Shown here: in pieces, positions 39,611 through 51,974 of the stretch
Position numbering within the stretch: the first letter of the stretch is position 1
How the letters are laid out: each line of letters begins with the position of its first letter
NCBI RefSeq assembly: GCF_030684315.1
Contig: NC_081363.1
Coordinates: 81,375,661-81,439,660, forward strand
DNA length: 64,000 bases
Origin: Stegostoma tigrinum
Lineage: Eukaryota
Direction of reading: 5' to 3'
Position numbers and translations under genes: made by a program
The notes under the pieces: generated by a model
The model's input: the letters and a program-made list of their open reading frames with translations, nothing else
What the model was told of the DNA's origin: nothing
Databases searched by the model: none

Positions 39611-40410
39611 TGTCAGCTTAGCTCAATGGATAGTGCTCTCAGTTTGGAATTAGATGATTGTCAATTCAATTCCCACTCCAGAAACATGTGCCCAATCTAG
39701 TCTGACACTCCAATGCAAGATTGAAAGAATGATGCTGTTGGGGTTATATATTAAAATTAGTTTTTAAACTGAGGCCTTGACTGCTCTCTCAGACAGATGT
39801 TAAAAAAAATCCCTGTGGCGCTACTCGCAGCAGGGGAGATTTGCTCAGAGTTCTGGCAGATTTTTGTTCCTTTAACTAAGGTAATTAAAAGCAATGACCT
39901 GTGATCTGGCAGCCTGGTCTCCAGCATTGGGCACTAGTTAAATTTGTTCCTGCAACACATGACTTTGAGGTTAAAGTGAAATTGAAAAATTCAATAGACA
40001 TTCATTACGTATCCTGATATATTCAATCGCAGGCACATCTACCTGGCTAACATCAAACTATTCAGTTATAAACAGCAGAATGCTTCCATCAGTCCACCTG
40101 TGATGCTTCAGGTGACCACAGTAAAGGTGGAACCTGAGATCTTTATATCCTCAGGTCACACACTATCATACAATGATGATATAATGGGCATATTTCTTAA
40201 AGGTATACTGCATACTAACTATAAGATATAACACTGCTTATTTATTCAATGCTGTTTTATAGGATCTAGCAGTCTACAAAGTGGCAACCATGTTTCCCAC
40301 ATTTCAACCGTTATTTAAACTTCAAAAACAAAACGTATTTAATTAGCTATGAAGCATGTGAGACATCTCTGGATCTTAAAAATCATGTTTTAAATGTGTT
40401 TCTTTCTTTT
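39611..40410 (+). mobile_element. Deu-domain SINE, head/core 39611-39905 and separated tail ~40235-40410
   Basis: gtcagcttagctcaatggatagtgctctc...caattcaattcccactccagaaac...aaactgaggccttgactgctctctcagacagatgttaaaa...atccctgtggcgctact...caggggaga. Tail gtttcccacatttcaac...aattagctatgaagc. Confidence 0.7.
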
Positions 40411-40440
40411 ATGACCACTGGTACTTACCTGCTGCTCCAG

Positions 40441-40720
40441 CATAACATAGAACATAGAACTGTACAGTACAGTACAGGCCCTTCAGCCCACAATGCTGCG
40501 CCGAAATTTTACCCGCAACCTAAGGTCCATCTAACCTCCACCCCTACCTTACACTATCATCCATATGCCTATCTAATAGCTGCTTAAATGCCCCTAAAGA
40601 GGCCGACCTCACTGCCTTCTCTAGCAATGCATTCCATGCCCCTACCACTCTGAGTAAAGAACCTACCTCTGACGTCTCCCCTATATCTACCTCCACTCAC
40701 TTTAAAACTTTCTCCCCTCA
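40441..40720 (-). mobile_element. CR1 3' end (family of 51975-53815)
   Basis: (acatagaa)n tail; ORF contains SFKVSGGRYRGDVRGRFFTQ. Confidence 0.9.
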
Positions 40721-40779
40721 GGTTCAAGCAAGGTAAATCAATGGAATTAGGAATGGAGAGAATGGAGGAGCCATGACAA

Positions 40780-41365
40780 AGAAACAAAGTGAGTATTAGG
40801 TATTATTCTGAGAGGAATGGGAGTGAAAATTAGATAAGTTTTTTTAAACTGTATCGAACCTTGGTTAGACCTCTTAGAGTGTTGTAGGCAGCTCCAGTCT
40901 GTATGTCATAGAAAGGATACCGAGGTACAGAAATTGGTGCAGAGAAGGTTTACAAGTATAATGCCAGAAATGTATGAGTATACACAATCAGGAAAAGACT
41001 GACAGACTGAGTTCCTTCTCTCTCAAAAATATGGCATAGAGTGATCTATTAGAAGTCTTTGAAGTTATACAAGTTTTCAACTGAGACAGAGTATTTTCTC
41101 TTATGGTGAAGAGCATAATAGTGGTTGTCAATGTAAGATGATCGGTAAGAAATCCACTAAAGAACGCAGAAGAAACTTCTTCATCTGAAGAGTGGTATGG
41201 GTGAAGTGAACGGATTGAAGGGGAAACTAGACAGGCGCTTGAGGGAAAAGGGAAAGAGATTTCCAATGGTAAATTTAGATGAGAAAAGACAGGAGGAGAC
41301 TCAAGTGGAGTTTAAGCACTAGAATAGAACGCTTAGGCTGAATAGCCTTTTTTTCTGAGCCGTAC
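40780..41365 (+). mobile_element. Degenerate CR1 3' part
   Basis: aaactgtatcgaaccttggttagacctc...gtgcagagaaggtttacaagtataatgccagaaatg...gtgatctattagaagtctttgaagtt. Confidence 0.75.
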
Positions 41366-42309
41366 AAGGGATATATAAACAGTCTACTTGGCTGACAGCC
41401 CATCATGATCTGTATTAGACTGTCAAGGAAAGTCAAGATCTACATCCAGCCATACCCTCTGTGCCTTCAGTGCCCAAACCTTCAAAGTGCAAAAAAGGGA
41501 AAACAGTGGAGCTGCTTGAAGAGGGACCAGCCATTTAGAGATGTATATCATTTGGATTTGTTGCACTCAGCCATAAATATGAGAAGCTCATTAAGATTTC
41601 AGGGCTGACATTTGTTCCAAATTAAGTTTCATGAAGTGATGTGACCTACTGTTCTTTCCAAAGGAAAGTAAAATCGATCATATTAAAAAAAAGTCCAAAT
41701 CTAACTTTGAAGCGAAGGTTTATTCCAGTGTTGGAGCCAGGAAATAGAAATCTCACAATTTACTGCTGTCTTGACAATGGCATGGAAGCTGAACTAAACT
41801 CAGCATTCTAAACCTCTGAGCATCTCGCTGCAGCATTAAATAAATCTCATGAGCAAACCAGCTGTATAAAATGAATAAAATACATACCCTAATATAGATG
41901 TATCGTCCACGTAAAGAGCCTTGAGAACCATCTAAAGATTAAATGTTTGTTGTTCAGGTGGAGAAAAAGGGCACTGTGACATTGACAATTCCAATCTGTC
42001 ACACTGCCAAGAGAAAACTGTAGACAGACAAATGACCTGCTCCGGTGCTGGAGATGGGCTTCCAGTCAGAGTTAATTTTGCCCCTTCAGAGTTCTTTATC
42101 ATGACCATCATCTGATTCAATACTTACAAATGTCACAACATTACTGTTGTGTATTCATCTACTTTTCATCTGCCTCTCATGAAACCAATGGGTTATTCAG
42201 GCAAAATAATTTGATTGCAGTCTTGCCCAGGATTTGACAGCAAGTACCAAAGGGAGTCAACTGCCTAACCTCACTGTACCACCACTCCAGCCATTACCAA
42301 TTATGGCTA

Positions 42310-42920
42310 CAAGGACATCAAAGCTAGGAATTAAAATTCTGGGATACGTAACTTTTCAAAATGACAGACAGGAAGGCAAGGGTGGTGGGGTATCATTGAT
42401 ATTACCAGATGGAATAAAGCATGATAGGTGAGAAATGATCCTTGATTGGAAAATTTGGAATCCAAATGCATAAGGTTAGAATTATAAAGAAGGCAACATG
42501 AAAGGTGTTGTCTATTGACACTCTAACAGTAGCTATACAATGGGACAGTGAATAAATCAGGAGATAATGAGGACATGTAACATAGGCAGTACAGTTATTG
42601 TGGCTGATTTTAATCTTCACGTAGAATGGGGTGGTCAGATTAGCAGAGGCAGCCAGGTGAGAGAGCTAATGGAATGCATTTGGGACAGTTCCCAGAACAA
42701 TTTGTTGTGGATCCAACCAGGGATCAGGCTAACAAACACAGAAATTGCTAGAGAAACTCAGCAAGTCTGGCATCACCTGCGCGAGGAAGCAGATGGTTTA
42801 GGTCCAGTGACCCTTCTAATTTGGCTACTTTGGAACCTATGATGTGTAACAAGGCAAGTTTCATAGATAATATCACAGTAAAAGGTGGGCCAGGAACAGT
42901 TACCATATGTAGTACATAGC
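42310..42920 (+). mobile_element. CR1 endonuclease-region relic with a nested Penelope-end fragment (~42730-42818)
   Basis: ORFs contain GYVTFQNDRQEGKGGGVSLI and TVIVADFNLHVEW. Inserted sequence: aacaaacacagaaattgctagagaaactcagcaagtctggca...ggtccagtgacccttct. Confidence 0.75.
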
Positions 42921-44457
42921 ATCTTTAGAACAGAATCACAGAATCTCAACAGTGTGGAAAGAGGTCATTCCATTTGATTCCAGCCTGGAAGTCAGTTTTT
43001 GATTACTATGTAAAAAAGAACTGAACCTTTTGGTTTGACACCAGCCTGTAAATCTGTTATGATTCAAGCAGATGGCAACACTTGACAAGTCAGATTCCAG
43101 CAAAACCTGGTGTCATAGGCCAGAAATTTATTTTTGCAATTGGACTATCATCGTCAATCACTAAATCACATTCAGAAGAGGCTGCCAAATGTACTTTTAT
43201 TAAAAAAGAATAAGTTTAACATACAAAAAGAAAAAAAAAAATCAACCTTTATTTTCCAACAAAATTCTTCACAGACACTCAATGCCAATGAAGTAACATG
43301 CTTTTATTCACCTCAAAATTTCTTACTCAGCTGAGGAAGACACAGTACTTCTTTATGACAATTTTCTGCACATTTGCTTGATGTAATTCTCTTTGTTAAC
43401 AGACAAGCTAACTCACTGATGTTTCTTCACTGATCCCTTAAAAAACAGCTAAGGATGTTTTTCAGTCTTGTACACTAAAATAATTTAAGACTTCTTTCTA
43501 ACTCTGTTGATCTGTAGGAGGCCAAAAATAAGTGACCATTCTACTGGTAAAGATCTTCTCTTCTGGAGTTCAACCTACTTCCCCTTCTCCATCTACAAAA
43601 TCTCAAATCACTAATAAACAGCAACTGTCACACCAAGTAGCTTGATGAGTCATTTGCTCAAGTCAAATGATTACTCAGAAAGACCATCTTTGCTCAATAT
43701 TCCAAATAACTTTGACTCTTAAAAACAAAACATTAGACCTCCACAGCACTGAAAACCAAAAACCTTTTTTGCCTTTGCTTTAGAATCCAAATTCCCAAAA
43801 AGACTAAGTTCTCATCACATTATATAAACCAAATAAACCCCTCAGTTTGATTCTAGACTTTCGCAACTAAGCATATTCATTTATTTCCATGACGATATTT
43901 TGAAGTGGGAGGCATGCAGCAATTTTTCAGGGTGCAGAACACAACAAATATGTAGACGTTGGAAGCGGAGAGTAGAAACAGCAAGCTGGACAGTTACGGC
44001 ACTTTTTTAACTACATAGCCAGTGGTTTATAGCATTTCCTATTTACATTTCAGATTTCCTGTATGTATGATAGTATGCTTTTGTAAATAGTTTCTGGCTT
44101 ATTTTCACTGTGGATACTTGGCATCTGTTTCCGTGATAGAGTCAAGAGTTGAGCCTAACGTCCCAGAAGATGATTTCACTTGCCCAGATCGCCAGGGAAT
44201 CAACTGGTTTATTTCAACTACAGCTTTTGATAAACAATCTTGTTGGATGCGGGAGGTAGAAGAATTCTCCCACACTTAGTTTAGGCTTTATCTGTCCAAC
44301 ACTGTTGCAGGAAAATCAAACACGAGTAAGAGAATATATCTTCTGGAAGTATTGTAAGTTCCTCATGATGTAAAATAACAATAAACAGGAGGAGACAGCT
44401 ATTTTGAAATATAGATAACATTCTTACTTTACAGGTCTTGTGAAATGGATCTAAGCC

Positions 44458-44732
44458 AAATGGTGACTATGTGGAGTTTGCACGTGCTCCCCATGTCTGT
44501 GTGGATATCCCTCAGGTGCTCCAGTCTCCTCCCATGGTCCAAAGATGTGCAGGTTGAGTGGATTGGCCATGTTAAATTGTCCATCATGTCCTGGGATGTT
44601 TAGGTTGGGTGGATTACCTATGGGGAATGCAGGATTACAGGATAGGGTAGCGGGTGTGTCTGCGCAGGATGCTCTTCGGAGCATCAGCGTGCACTTGATA
44701 GCCTGTTTCCACACCTTAGGGATTCTACGATT
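44458..44732 (+). mobile_element. HE1-type V-SINE, 5'-truncated
   Basis: gtggagtttgcacgtgctccccatgtctgtgtgg...tccaaagatgtgcaggttgagtggattggccatg...tagggattcta. Confidence 0.9.
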
Positions 44733-44744
44733 CAATAATTTTTA

Positions 44745-45500
44745 ATTAATTCATGGGATATGGATGTCACTGACCAGGCCAGCTTTTATTCCCCATTTCT
44801 AATTGCCCTTGAGAAAGTGTAGATGAGCAACTATCTTGAACACTGCAGTCCTTGATGTAGGGACACTCAATAGTATTGTCAGGGAGTTCCAGGATTTTGA
44901 ACCAGAAACAGTGAAGAACACCGATCTCGTTCCAAATCAGGATGGCATGTGGCTTTGAGGGAAACTTGCAGGTGGTGGAGTTTCAATGCATCTGATTCCC
45001 TTATTCATCTAGGTGATGGGTTGGGAAGATACTGTCAAAGGAGTCTGTGGAATTGCTGTAGTGTATCTTTCGGATGGTATACAATGATGCTATTTTGCAT
45101 TGGTGGTGAACCCACTGAATGCTGAAGTTAATAAATGAGGTACCAAGCTTGTGGGTTGCTTTGTCTAAATGAAGCCGGGTTTCTTCAGTTTTGTTGCACT
45201 CAGACAGGCATGCGTAGACTACGCCATCACGTTTTTGACTTGTGTCTTGTAAACGGTGGATAGGCATTGAGAAGCAGGCACTGAATTACTTGCTATAAAA
45301 TTTCCAGCCTCTGATATGCTCTTGCAGTACAAAACAAGATACAATTCCTATCTTGATAACAGGCAAATTCAGCAAACAGAAGTTGCTTGCTAGGCCACTG
45401 CAGTTACCGTGGGTCCGGAGTCACATGTAGGCCAGACCAGTTAAGAATGGCAGATTTCCTCCCATTAAGGGCATTTGCAATTCAGATGGGTCTTATAAAT
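44745..45500 (-). mobile_element. CR1-group LINE 3' fragment
   Basis: ttcatgggatatggatgtcactgaccaggccagc...aattgcccttgagaaag... is the reverse of the family 3' end. Confidence 0.75.
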
Positions 45501-46237
45501 TCTGAAAAGCTGGACTCTTGTCACTTTCCAAATACTCAGATCCATCTTAATTTCAACCCAAATTCAATATCTTTTATCAGCTTTTGGCTGTCAGCCAGCC
45601 TCTGTTTTGCTCGTCCAGTGACATTACTACCGCATTACTATCTCTGAGAATCGGACTGCCCTTAATTATTTTTAAAACCAACCTGTTCAGGCAGGTTTTG
45701 ACACACAAATGGAGCAGATGGTATTTGAAGCTGGGCCTTGTAGCCAAAGATACTGACACTACCGCTGTATCCGACTCTATATTTTTCTTTTGAAAGCCTA
45801 GGACCTAAGGAAACAAACGTAGCTCATGACAGTCCCATATACAATCCCGTTCCTTCATCAAACACTGTCCTTCATGTATATCATTAACAACCAAGTCAGC
45901 AAAACATTAAGCGGTCTTTCAGTTTTCTCACTGCCAAAACAAGCTGTTTGGTCTGAATGCATTTCTGGGGAGTCTCAAAGACAGACTTTCCCATTTGAGC
46001 AATTCCCCGTTAAAGAAATAGTCAAGACAAAGCAGTCCATCTTACTTTCTGTTTTTGTTCAAGTTGTTAAATTTGAGTGCAGGCATTATGTATGTTTTGA
46101 TTAAATGTACTTGAGTGGCAATCTTTATTTTTTCATTGACTGGCAAGTTACTAAGATGGAAAACAAACTCTCAGCAAATGTAGCAAGAACATAATTTCCA
46201 AAGAGCTGATTTTTGACTCTTAGTGTACTAATTTGAT

Positions 46238-48660
46238 CACAAGAAATAGGAGGAGTAAATCATTCAGCTTACTCCAGCATTTAATAAGATCACAGCTGAT
46301 CTAACTAAGCCTTAGCTTCCCCTTCCTACCTGACCCTCATCTCCTTGTTGATCAAAAATCTAATTTATGTTATGCTTCACTGGAGTCATGTGTTAGTAAT
46401 CAAGACTTCATATTCCTACAGTCGTCACAAAAGCTAAAGATCTTTCAAAGTATGCAAAGTTCCCTAATTTACCGTTTTTCAGATCTGATATAAAGCAAGA
46501 ACTAAGTTTCTGTACTTACCAACAATCACTATTCATTATTATTAGTAATTAGACTCGAGTTACAGGTAAACAGTTATAAACCACTGGATGCTGCTAATTA
46601 AAACTCTAATCTGCTTGTAAACTACTCCTTACAGACACATAGGCTGACAAACAAACAACAAGGTAAAATAGGTTAGTAACAGAAGAAAATAGGAAAGCAG
46701 TTCATTAGTCTTTGTTCCCAGATACTGTTATTAAGATGATCCTTACGACTCTTCTGCTGGTGAGATGTTGCTTCAGTTGTTTTTCTTTGGTTGCTTCTAC
46801 TAGATGGTAAGAGACACAAGCTGGCTGGTACAGATATTTGAAGTCTCTGATTTGTTGTTTAAAAGTCACAGCTTACAACATTGTAGAAAAGATAAACTGC
46901 TTTACTTTAGGCTTACACTGAGTTTAGACTACAGTGAGACTGCTCCCTTGTTGAGGAAGAACTGAACACTCACTCTCTTTGCAATTTGCTCCCAGCTCCA
47001 AGCTGATCAGTTATCTAAGAACTAATCGTGCAGTTGTTGGACATAAAAAGGTGTCTGTCACTGACAACTATCACTCGTCCACAGACGAATCAACTTCTTG
47101 ATCAAACAGATACTTACAGTGCATACTATGGGTCCCAGCTTACTTGCCTTTCAAAACTTGTGGCAGTCTTGCAAAACAGAGTTGTTTTAACAATCATTCT
47201 CACTTCAGTCTCCAATTAAGTAAAAAAATTCATGATCCTTACACTTAACCTTGAACATATTCATTCAATCAACTGCCTCCAATACTCTCTGGAATCAAAA
47301 ATTCATGACGCTCCGAGGCAAGTAATTTATCCTCATCTCGATCTTAAATAGGTGATCATTTTCAAACTGAGTCCCCTATTCTAGACTTCACCAAGGAATA
47401 CTATCCTTACAGCAATGAACTTGTCATGCATCCTCACCATGTTTTATATTTTGATCAAATCACTTCTCATTTTTCTTAAACTCCAGTGAGTTTAGGCACA
47501 ATCTGCTCAGCCTTTCCTCAAGATAACCTCATTCAGCTCATCGATCCTTCTCCGAACTATTTCTAGTCAAATATTTTATTTCATTAGTAAGAGGATCTAA
47601 AATTCACACAAAGCTCTTGGCAGTGGTCTACCCTGTTACAGGTTCGGTACAATTTCTTTACTTATTTTATTCTGCTTACAATAAAGGCCAACGTTCCACA
47701 TACTTCTTAATTATTTACTATACTTGCATATTAACCTTTTGCAATTCATATAAGACGACACCTGGACACCTTTCTACAGCAGTATTCTGGAGGCTCTCCA
47801 GTTAAGCAATATCCTCCACTTCTTTACTTCCTGCCAAAACACAAACTCACATTTTCCTACATCAACTCTACGTGATAATTTTTTGCCCACTCACCTAACC
47901 CATTTATATCACTTTGCAAACTCAAATCTTCCCTACAACTTGCGTTCTCACCCATTACTGTATTGTCAGCAGATCCGGCTTCAACAATCTTTGCCCCTTC
48001 TTTCAAATCACAATGTAGATCGAAATAGTCGAAACCCAGCACTTGTGCCCAAGGGTCTTTAATCATTACAGTTTACCAAGCTGAAAATGATTTATCCCAA
48101 CAATATGTTCTGCTGCTTTGTCAATCCCTCCATCCATGCTAACCTATCAGCCTAATATGACAAGTCCTATTCTTATGTAATAACCTTTTGCATGGCATTT
48201 CATCAAATGTTTTTTGGAAATGCAAATACACCACATCTAACGGTTTCCTTCATCAATACTGCTCACTACTTACATCTTTAGACAGCTCAAAACAAATTTG
48301 CCAAAAACAATTTAAAATTTTCTATTGATTACATTTACTTTGAGTTTCTCTTTCCTTTTTCCTTCATGATTTTTTTAAAATATTCTTGCAATAATTTAAG
48401 TTTTGTGGTCTGAAGACAGGCATAAAATGCTTTCTTCAAAACTTCTGGGTGTTTCTCTTCTCCCACTATTAATTCAACAGTTTCATAATCTGAAATAGCA
48501 ATGCTCACCTTAGTTACTATTTTCCTTTTTATAGGAAAATTCTACTTGTAGAAGCCCCTGCTATCATTTTTTATAGATTGGCTGGATCTCCTGCAATTTA
48601 ATTTCTCTTTTTTTAAAAAAGTCATCCTTTGCTGATTTATACAATCTTCTGGCCTATTAT
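46238..48660 (-). mobile_element. Old CR1 relic interrupted by an LTR-like insertion
   Basis: The 3' end cacaagaaataggaggagta...aaaatctaattta resumes at 47244 as cttaaccttgaacatattca...gcctcc. ORF 47857-48066 contains LQSDINGLGEWAKN. Confidence 0.7.
46368..47243. mobile_element. Solo-LTR-like insertion (TGTTATG...CCTTACA)
   Basis: An 876-bp block bounded by TG...CA cleanly splits a CR1 3' UTR. Flanks ttta/ctta may be a degenerate 4-bp TSD. Confidence 0.55.
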
Positions 48661-49079
48661 AATCCTCACCTATATAATTTATTTCAAGGAAGAAGGTTCA
48701 GCATTAAGTTGATTGTGGCAACTATGTGTAGCTCAACATATAGAATTAATTCTAAGTATGCATTATGTCTGTAGACTAGCTACTAACAACAGCTCTACCT
48801 GAACTATGTCAAGTGCTCCAGATATGAACCACCAGTGATTTGGAAAGCAAGTGGGCAGAAAAACAGATCTAACCTTTGTAGGCTATGGGTTTCTAAAAGA
48901 AATAATCGCTCAATGTCATTACTTAGGCACTGCACCAACATCCAAAGCATGTAACAGTTCTCTAGCTGTATTATCTCTATAGGCATGAATACAGTGCTGG
49001 CTCATTTTATAATAGGTGCAACAAGTTCCAAAAAAAAACATATCACAACAACAAAAAGAAGGCAGACCTAGGGTCTTAC

Positions 49080-49263
49080 CGGAATGGAGAATTCTTCTGC
49101 CAAAAACTTTAGCGTGGCAGCTTCACTTGACAGCAGGTTACTACGTTCTGACAGGTTACCCTGGATTCTGGTGTCAAATTCTTTGCGAACTACTGATGCA
49201 ACTGAGTCCACCACAATCAGTTTTACACCTTTCACGATTATGTCTTCTTCCAAGGATTCCACT
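49080..49263 (-). CDS. RAD51B: RAD51 paralog B, internal coding exon (equivalent to human exon 7, contains Walker B)
   Basis: The minus-strand translation (R)VESLEEDIIVKGVKLIVVDSVASVVRKEFDTRIQGNLSERSNLLSSEAATLKFLAEEFSIP closely matches the remembered human RAD51B RIESLEEEIISKGIKLVILDSVASVVRKEFDAQLQGNLKERNKFLAREASSLKYLAEEFSIP. Acceptor is ttttaatgccag|AGTG (AG at 49265-49264) and donor is ATTCCG|gtaaga (GT at 49079-49078). Length is 184 bp with a phase 2 start and phase 0 end, as recalled for human exon 7. Confidence 0.96.
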
Positions 49264-49629
49264 CTGGCATTAAAAAGGGAATAAAATGACCTTAACACTG
49301 AAATAACTCTACAGTATCCCATCACAAAGCGACGCCTTATTTACATGGGCATGGTTCTTGTTTCTGGTCAAACTTCCTCTGAAACTCCTGTTTATGTGTC
49401 AGCCAGGGCTCCCTGATTGAGGCTGTTGACCTGGTCTAATCAGGAAATTCATATTCGGTGAAGTCGACTCAGCTGACCCCGTGACAATCACTACAACCCG
49501 TTTCAGGCCACTGAAAAAATGTAACGGGAGTGTAGAAGCAAACAAAGTATTTTTATCACATCCATTCTTGTCCTTGTCACAGTTCAAAAATCTCGACGGA
49601 AAGTAAGGGACAGTTTGCTCTCGTATACT

Positions 49630-49890
49630 TGTAAACAAGATCATAAAGTACAAAAGGTCTTACCAAAGTGTAGTCACTGTTGAAACAAGTCAGCAAAATT
49701 GGGCAGGGAAAACAGCACAATAATCAATGTTGGCTAGGCCACCAGGTAGAATTTGTGCCCCAGTTAACGAAAGAACAACATTCCTGATAGTGCTCACTCC
49801 TTCGATATGAAACTGGAGTGTCATCTTAGACATCTGTGCTCAATATGTCTGGACAGCAAGAGAGTGTTACTACTGCACCACAGCTGACAT
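49630..49890 (-). mobile_element. Deu-domain SINE remnant
   Basis: aagtgtagtcactgttg...cagcaaaattgggcag...aatgttggctaggccaccagg...ctgatagtgctcactccttc...actggagtgtca...ccacagctgaca. Confidence 0.55.
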
Positions 49891-49933
49891 ACAAATCTGA
49901 AAGTCTAAAGTAAAAGTGTCCGCTTGTACCTCA

Positions 49934-50250
49934 TGAACCCCTACAGTGTGGAAACAGGCCCTTCAGCCCAGCAAATCCACACCGACCCTCAGAGCATCCC
50001 ATTCAGACCCATCCCCTAAAACCCACCCAATCTCCACATCCCTGAATATTAAGGACAATTTAATATGGTCAATCCACTTAGCCTGCACATCTTTGGACTG
50101 TGGGAGGAAACCGGAGCAACTAGAGGAAACCCACGTGGACAGGGGGAGAATGTGCAAACTCCACACAGGCAGTCACCCGAGGGTGGAATTAAACCCGGGT
50201 CCCTGGAATTGTGAGGCAGCAGCGCTAACCACTGAGCCACCGTGCCGCCC
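49934..50250 (-). mobile_element. HE1-type V-SINE, full length
   Basis: The reverse complement begins gggcggcacggtggctcagtggttagcgctgctgcctcac...gggacccgggtttaattcc; V-domain and CR1-like tail are present. Confidence 0.93.
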
Positions 50251-50279
50251 CTATTTCTGAAGGAATATAAAAGATCATC

Positions 50280-51094
50280 TGTCACAGCCACCAGGGTTTT
50301 GTCATTACAACTATACCATTATTGAAATTTTCTTAAGAATGTTAACAATTTATCTAATACAGATACAAAGATTTAACACAGGATAAAAGTTGTGTGAAGA
50401 TGAAAATGAAATCAGTCTCTTATATTGCTGCGGACCTGGGTTGCTTGGAAACACTCTTTCTGACATGAACAGGTTGAAAGCTAAAGTTAGATTCCGCAGC
50501 TACACTAGCTCCTGTAGTTGAATAATTGGAGGTTACTCCCAAATATGGATTCACTAAGCAGATTCTGAGAGGAGCGAAGGCCCCTTTTACCCCAACTTTA
50601 TCACGCTCTGGCTCTTGGCAGCCTGCTTCAGTATAGCAGTCCTTTAGCTGGTTTTTGTCCTTCCTGTGTCTCCCTGTTTCAAGCAGTTTTGGCTTCATGG
50701 TTTCTCTCTCTTAGCGGCCAGATGGCTCCCCTCACCCAACATCATCACAATCAAACTAAATGACTAGAAATGTTAACTTGAATCATTGTACCGCAAAGCA
50801 AAGTCAATTATGCTGGAATTCCTAATCTGCACTCCAGCAGCATGGAGTCTTCGCACCATTACAGGATTCAGCGGACAGGCCGCAAACCCTTAAATTATTT
50901 AATGAATCTTTGTGATTGAATCTTTAGATAATTTGTCTTTTGTCAGAACTCATCTCAGTGGGGCCAGCTGTCTGCTTTGGCTCCAGTTAAATCCATAAGA
51001 GAAGTCATATGGCTTTTAAGAGCCATGTTTAAAAGCTCCTTTTAAACAAGATTACAGTTTGTTACAAAATGTATATTCTAACTATGCTTTGACA
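50280..51094. mobile_element. Solo-LTR-like element with short terminal inverted repeats and 5-bp TSD
   Basis: Starts TGTCACAG and ends CTTTGACA (7/8 inverted match). Flanked by TCATC (50275-50279) and TCACC (51095-51099). Confidence 0.65.
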
Positions 51095-51974
51095 TCACCC
51101 TTGATACCAAATGTCACAACTCACTGGGAATGAAATCCCATTATTCCCTAAAATATGACAAATGTTTAACATTTACTGAAACAAGCATGAATCGCAAATT
51201 GCCTCAGGCTGCCAAATACACAACAATAAAAATAAACTTTATATTGTAACACTCTTAGCTTTATCCCTTTAAAACTCCGTGTGCACGCACACACAAATAC
51301 AGCACCCCACCCACCCATGAAAAGCAAACAAATACAAATATTATAAGTGGAGGCAAAGGCAAATGCATCAGAGGAACACAATTCTGTATCATCAGTTCAA
51401 AATCACAAAAGATGATGAGCTGGCACGGCAATCACTTTGGTTCTTTGATGATGCCTCGATGTTATCTGCACTGTGATTTTGAGCCTTTAGTTCACTGGCT
51501 GCTTGGCTAGATCTTTACTTTCACAGACTTTAGAATTATTTCTTTCAGAACTCTGAAAGTAGTTTTTCCCTGCTGTTTTTCCCACGAGTGCGAGAAGACA
51601 ACTTTTTCAGAGCAAGAGAACTGACAGAGGTGCCAATCCGGAAAGCTGGTTTGTATGCTCTTCTGTTTTTGCTCTCCTAACAGAGTTAAACCGCAGCTGG
51701 GCTAATCAGAAGGCTGTACTATGCTGAGTTCTCCTGAACCCACAACAACTGTTGCCAATTGAAAAGCCAATCAAAATACTACCTTTGGGCAGTGATGCTC
51801 TGAACACACAGATGGTGACACTTTATCTGGGCATAATGCTGTAAAAGTAACACTGTTGCAGATGCATCAGTTAATTACAACTGTTAACTCCGAATCTGCA
51901 AATAACATTTGAATCTTCTGCCCTTTTTAAAGCAGTGCCTATTTTTCTCATTTTTGGTCCATATTCCAAAGCAG

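Larger units (their letters stand above)
1..49079 (-). other. RAD51B: Inferred large RAD51B intron downstream of the exon (intron 7 equivalent)
   Basis: No exon with a proper AG acceptor encoding the expected VILTNQITTHL continuation was found. Human intron 7 is known to be very large. Confidence 0.7.

Noticed and set aside
49068-49325. Whole 85-aa ORF, or read-through ending IPVRP*, as a standalone product
   Set aside because: Similarity is confined to the splice-site-bounded 184 bp, and the sequence gives no evidence for intron retention.
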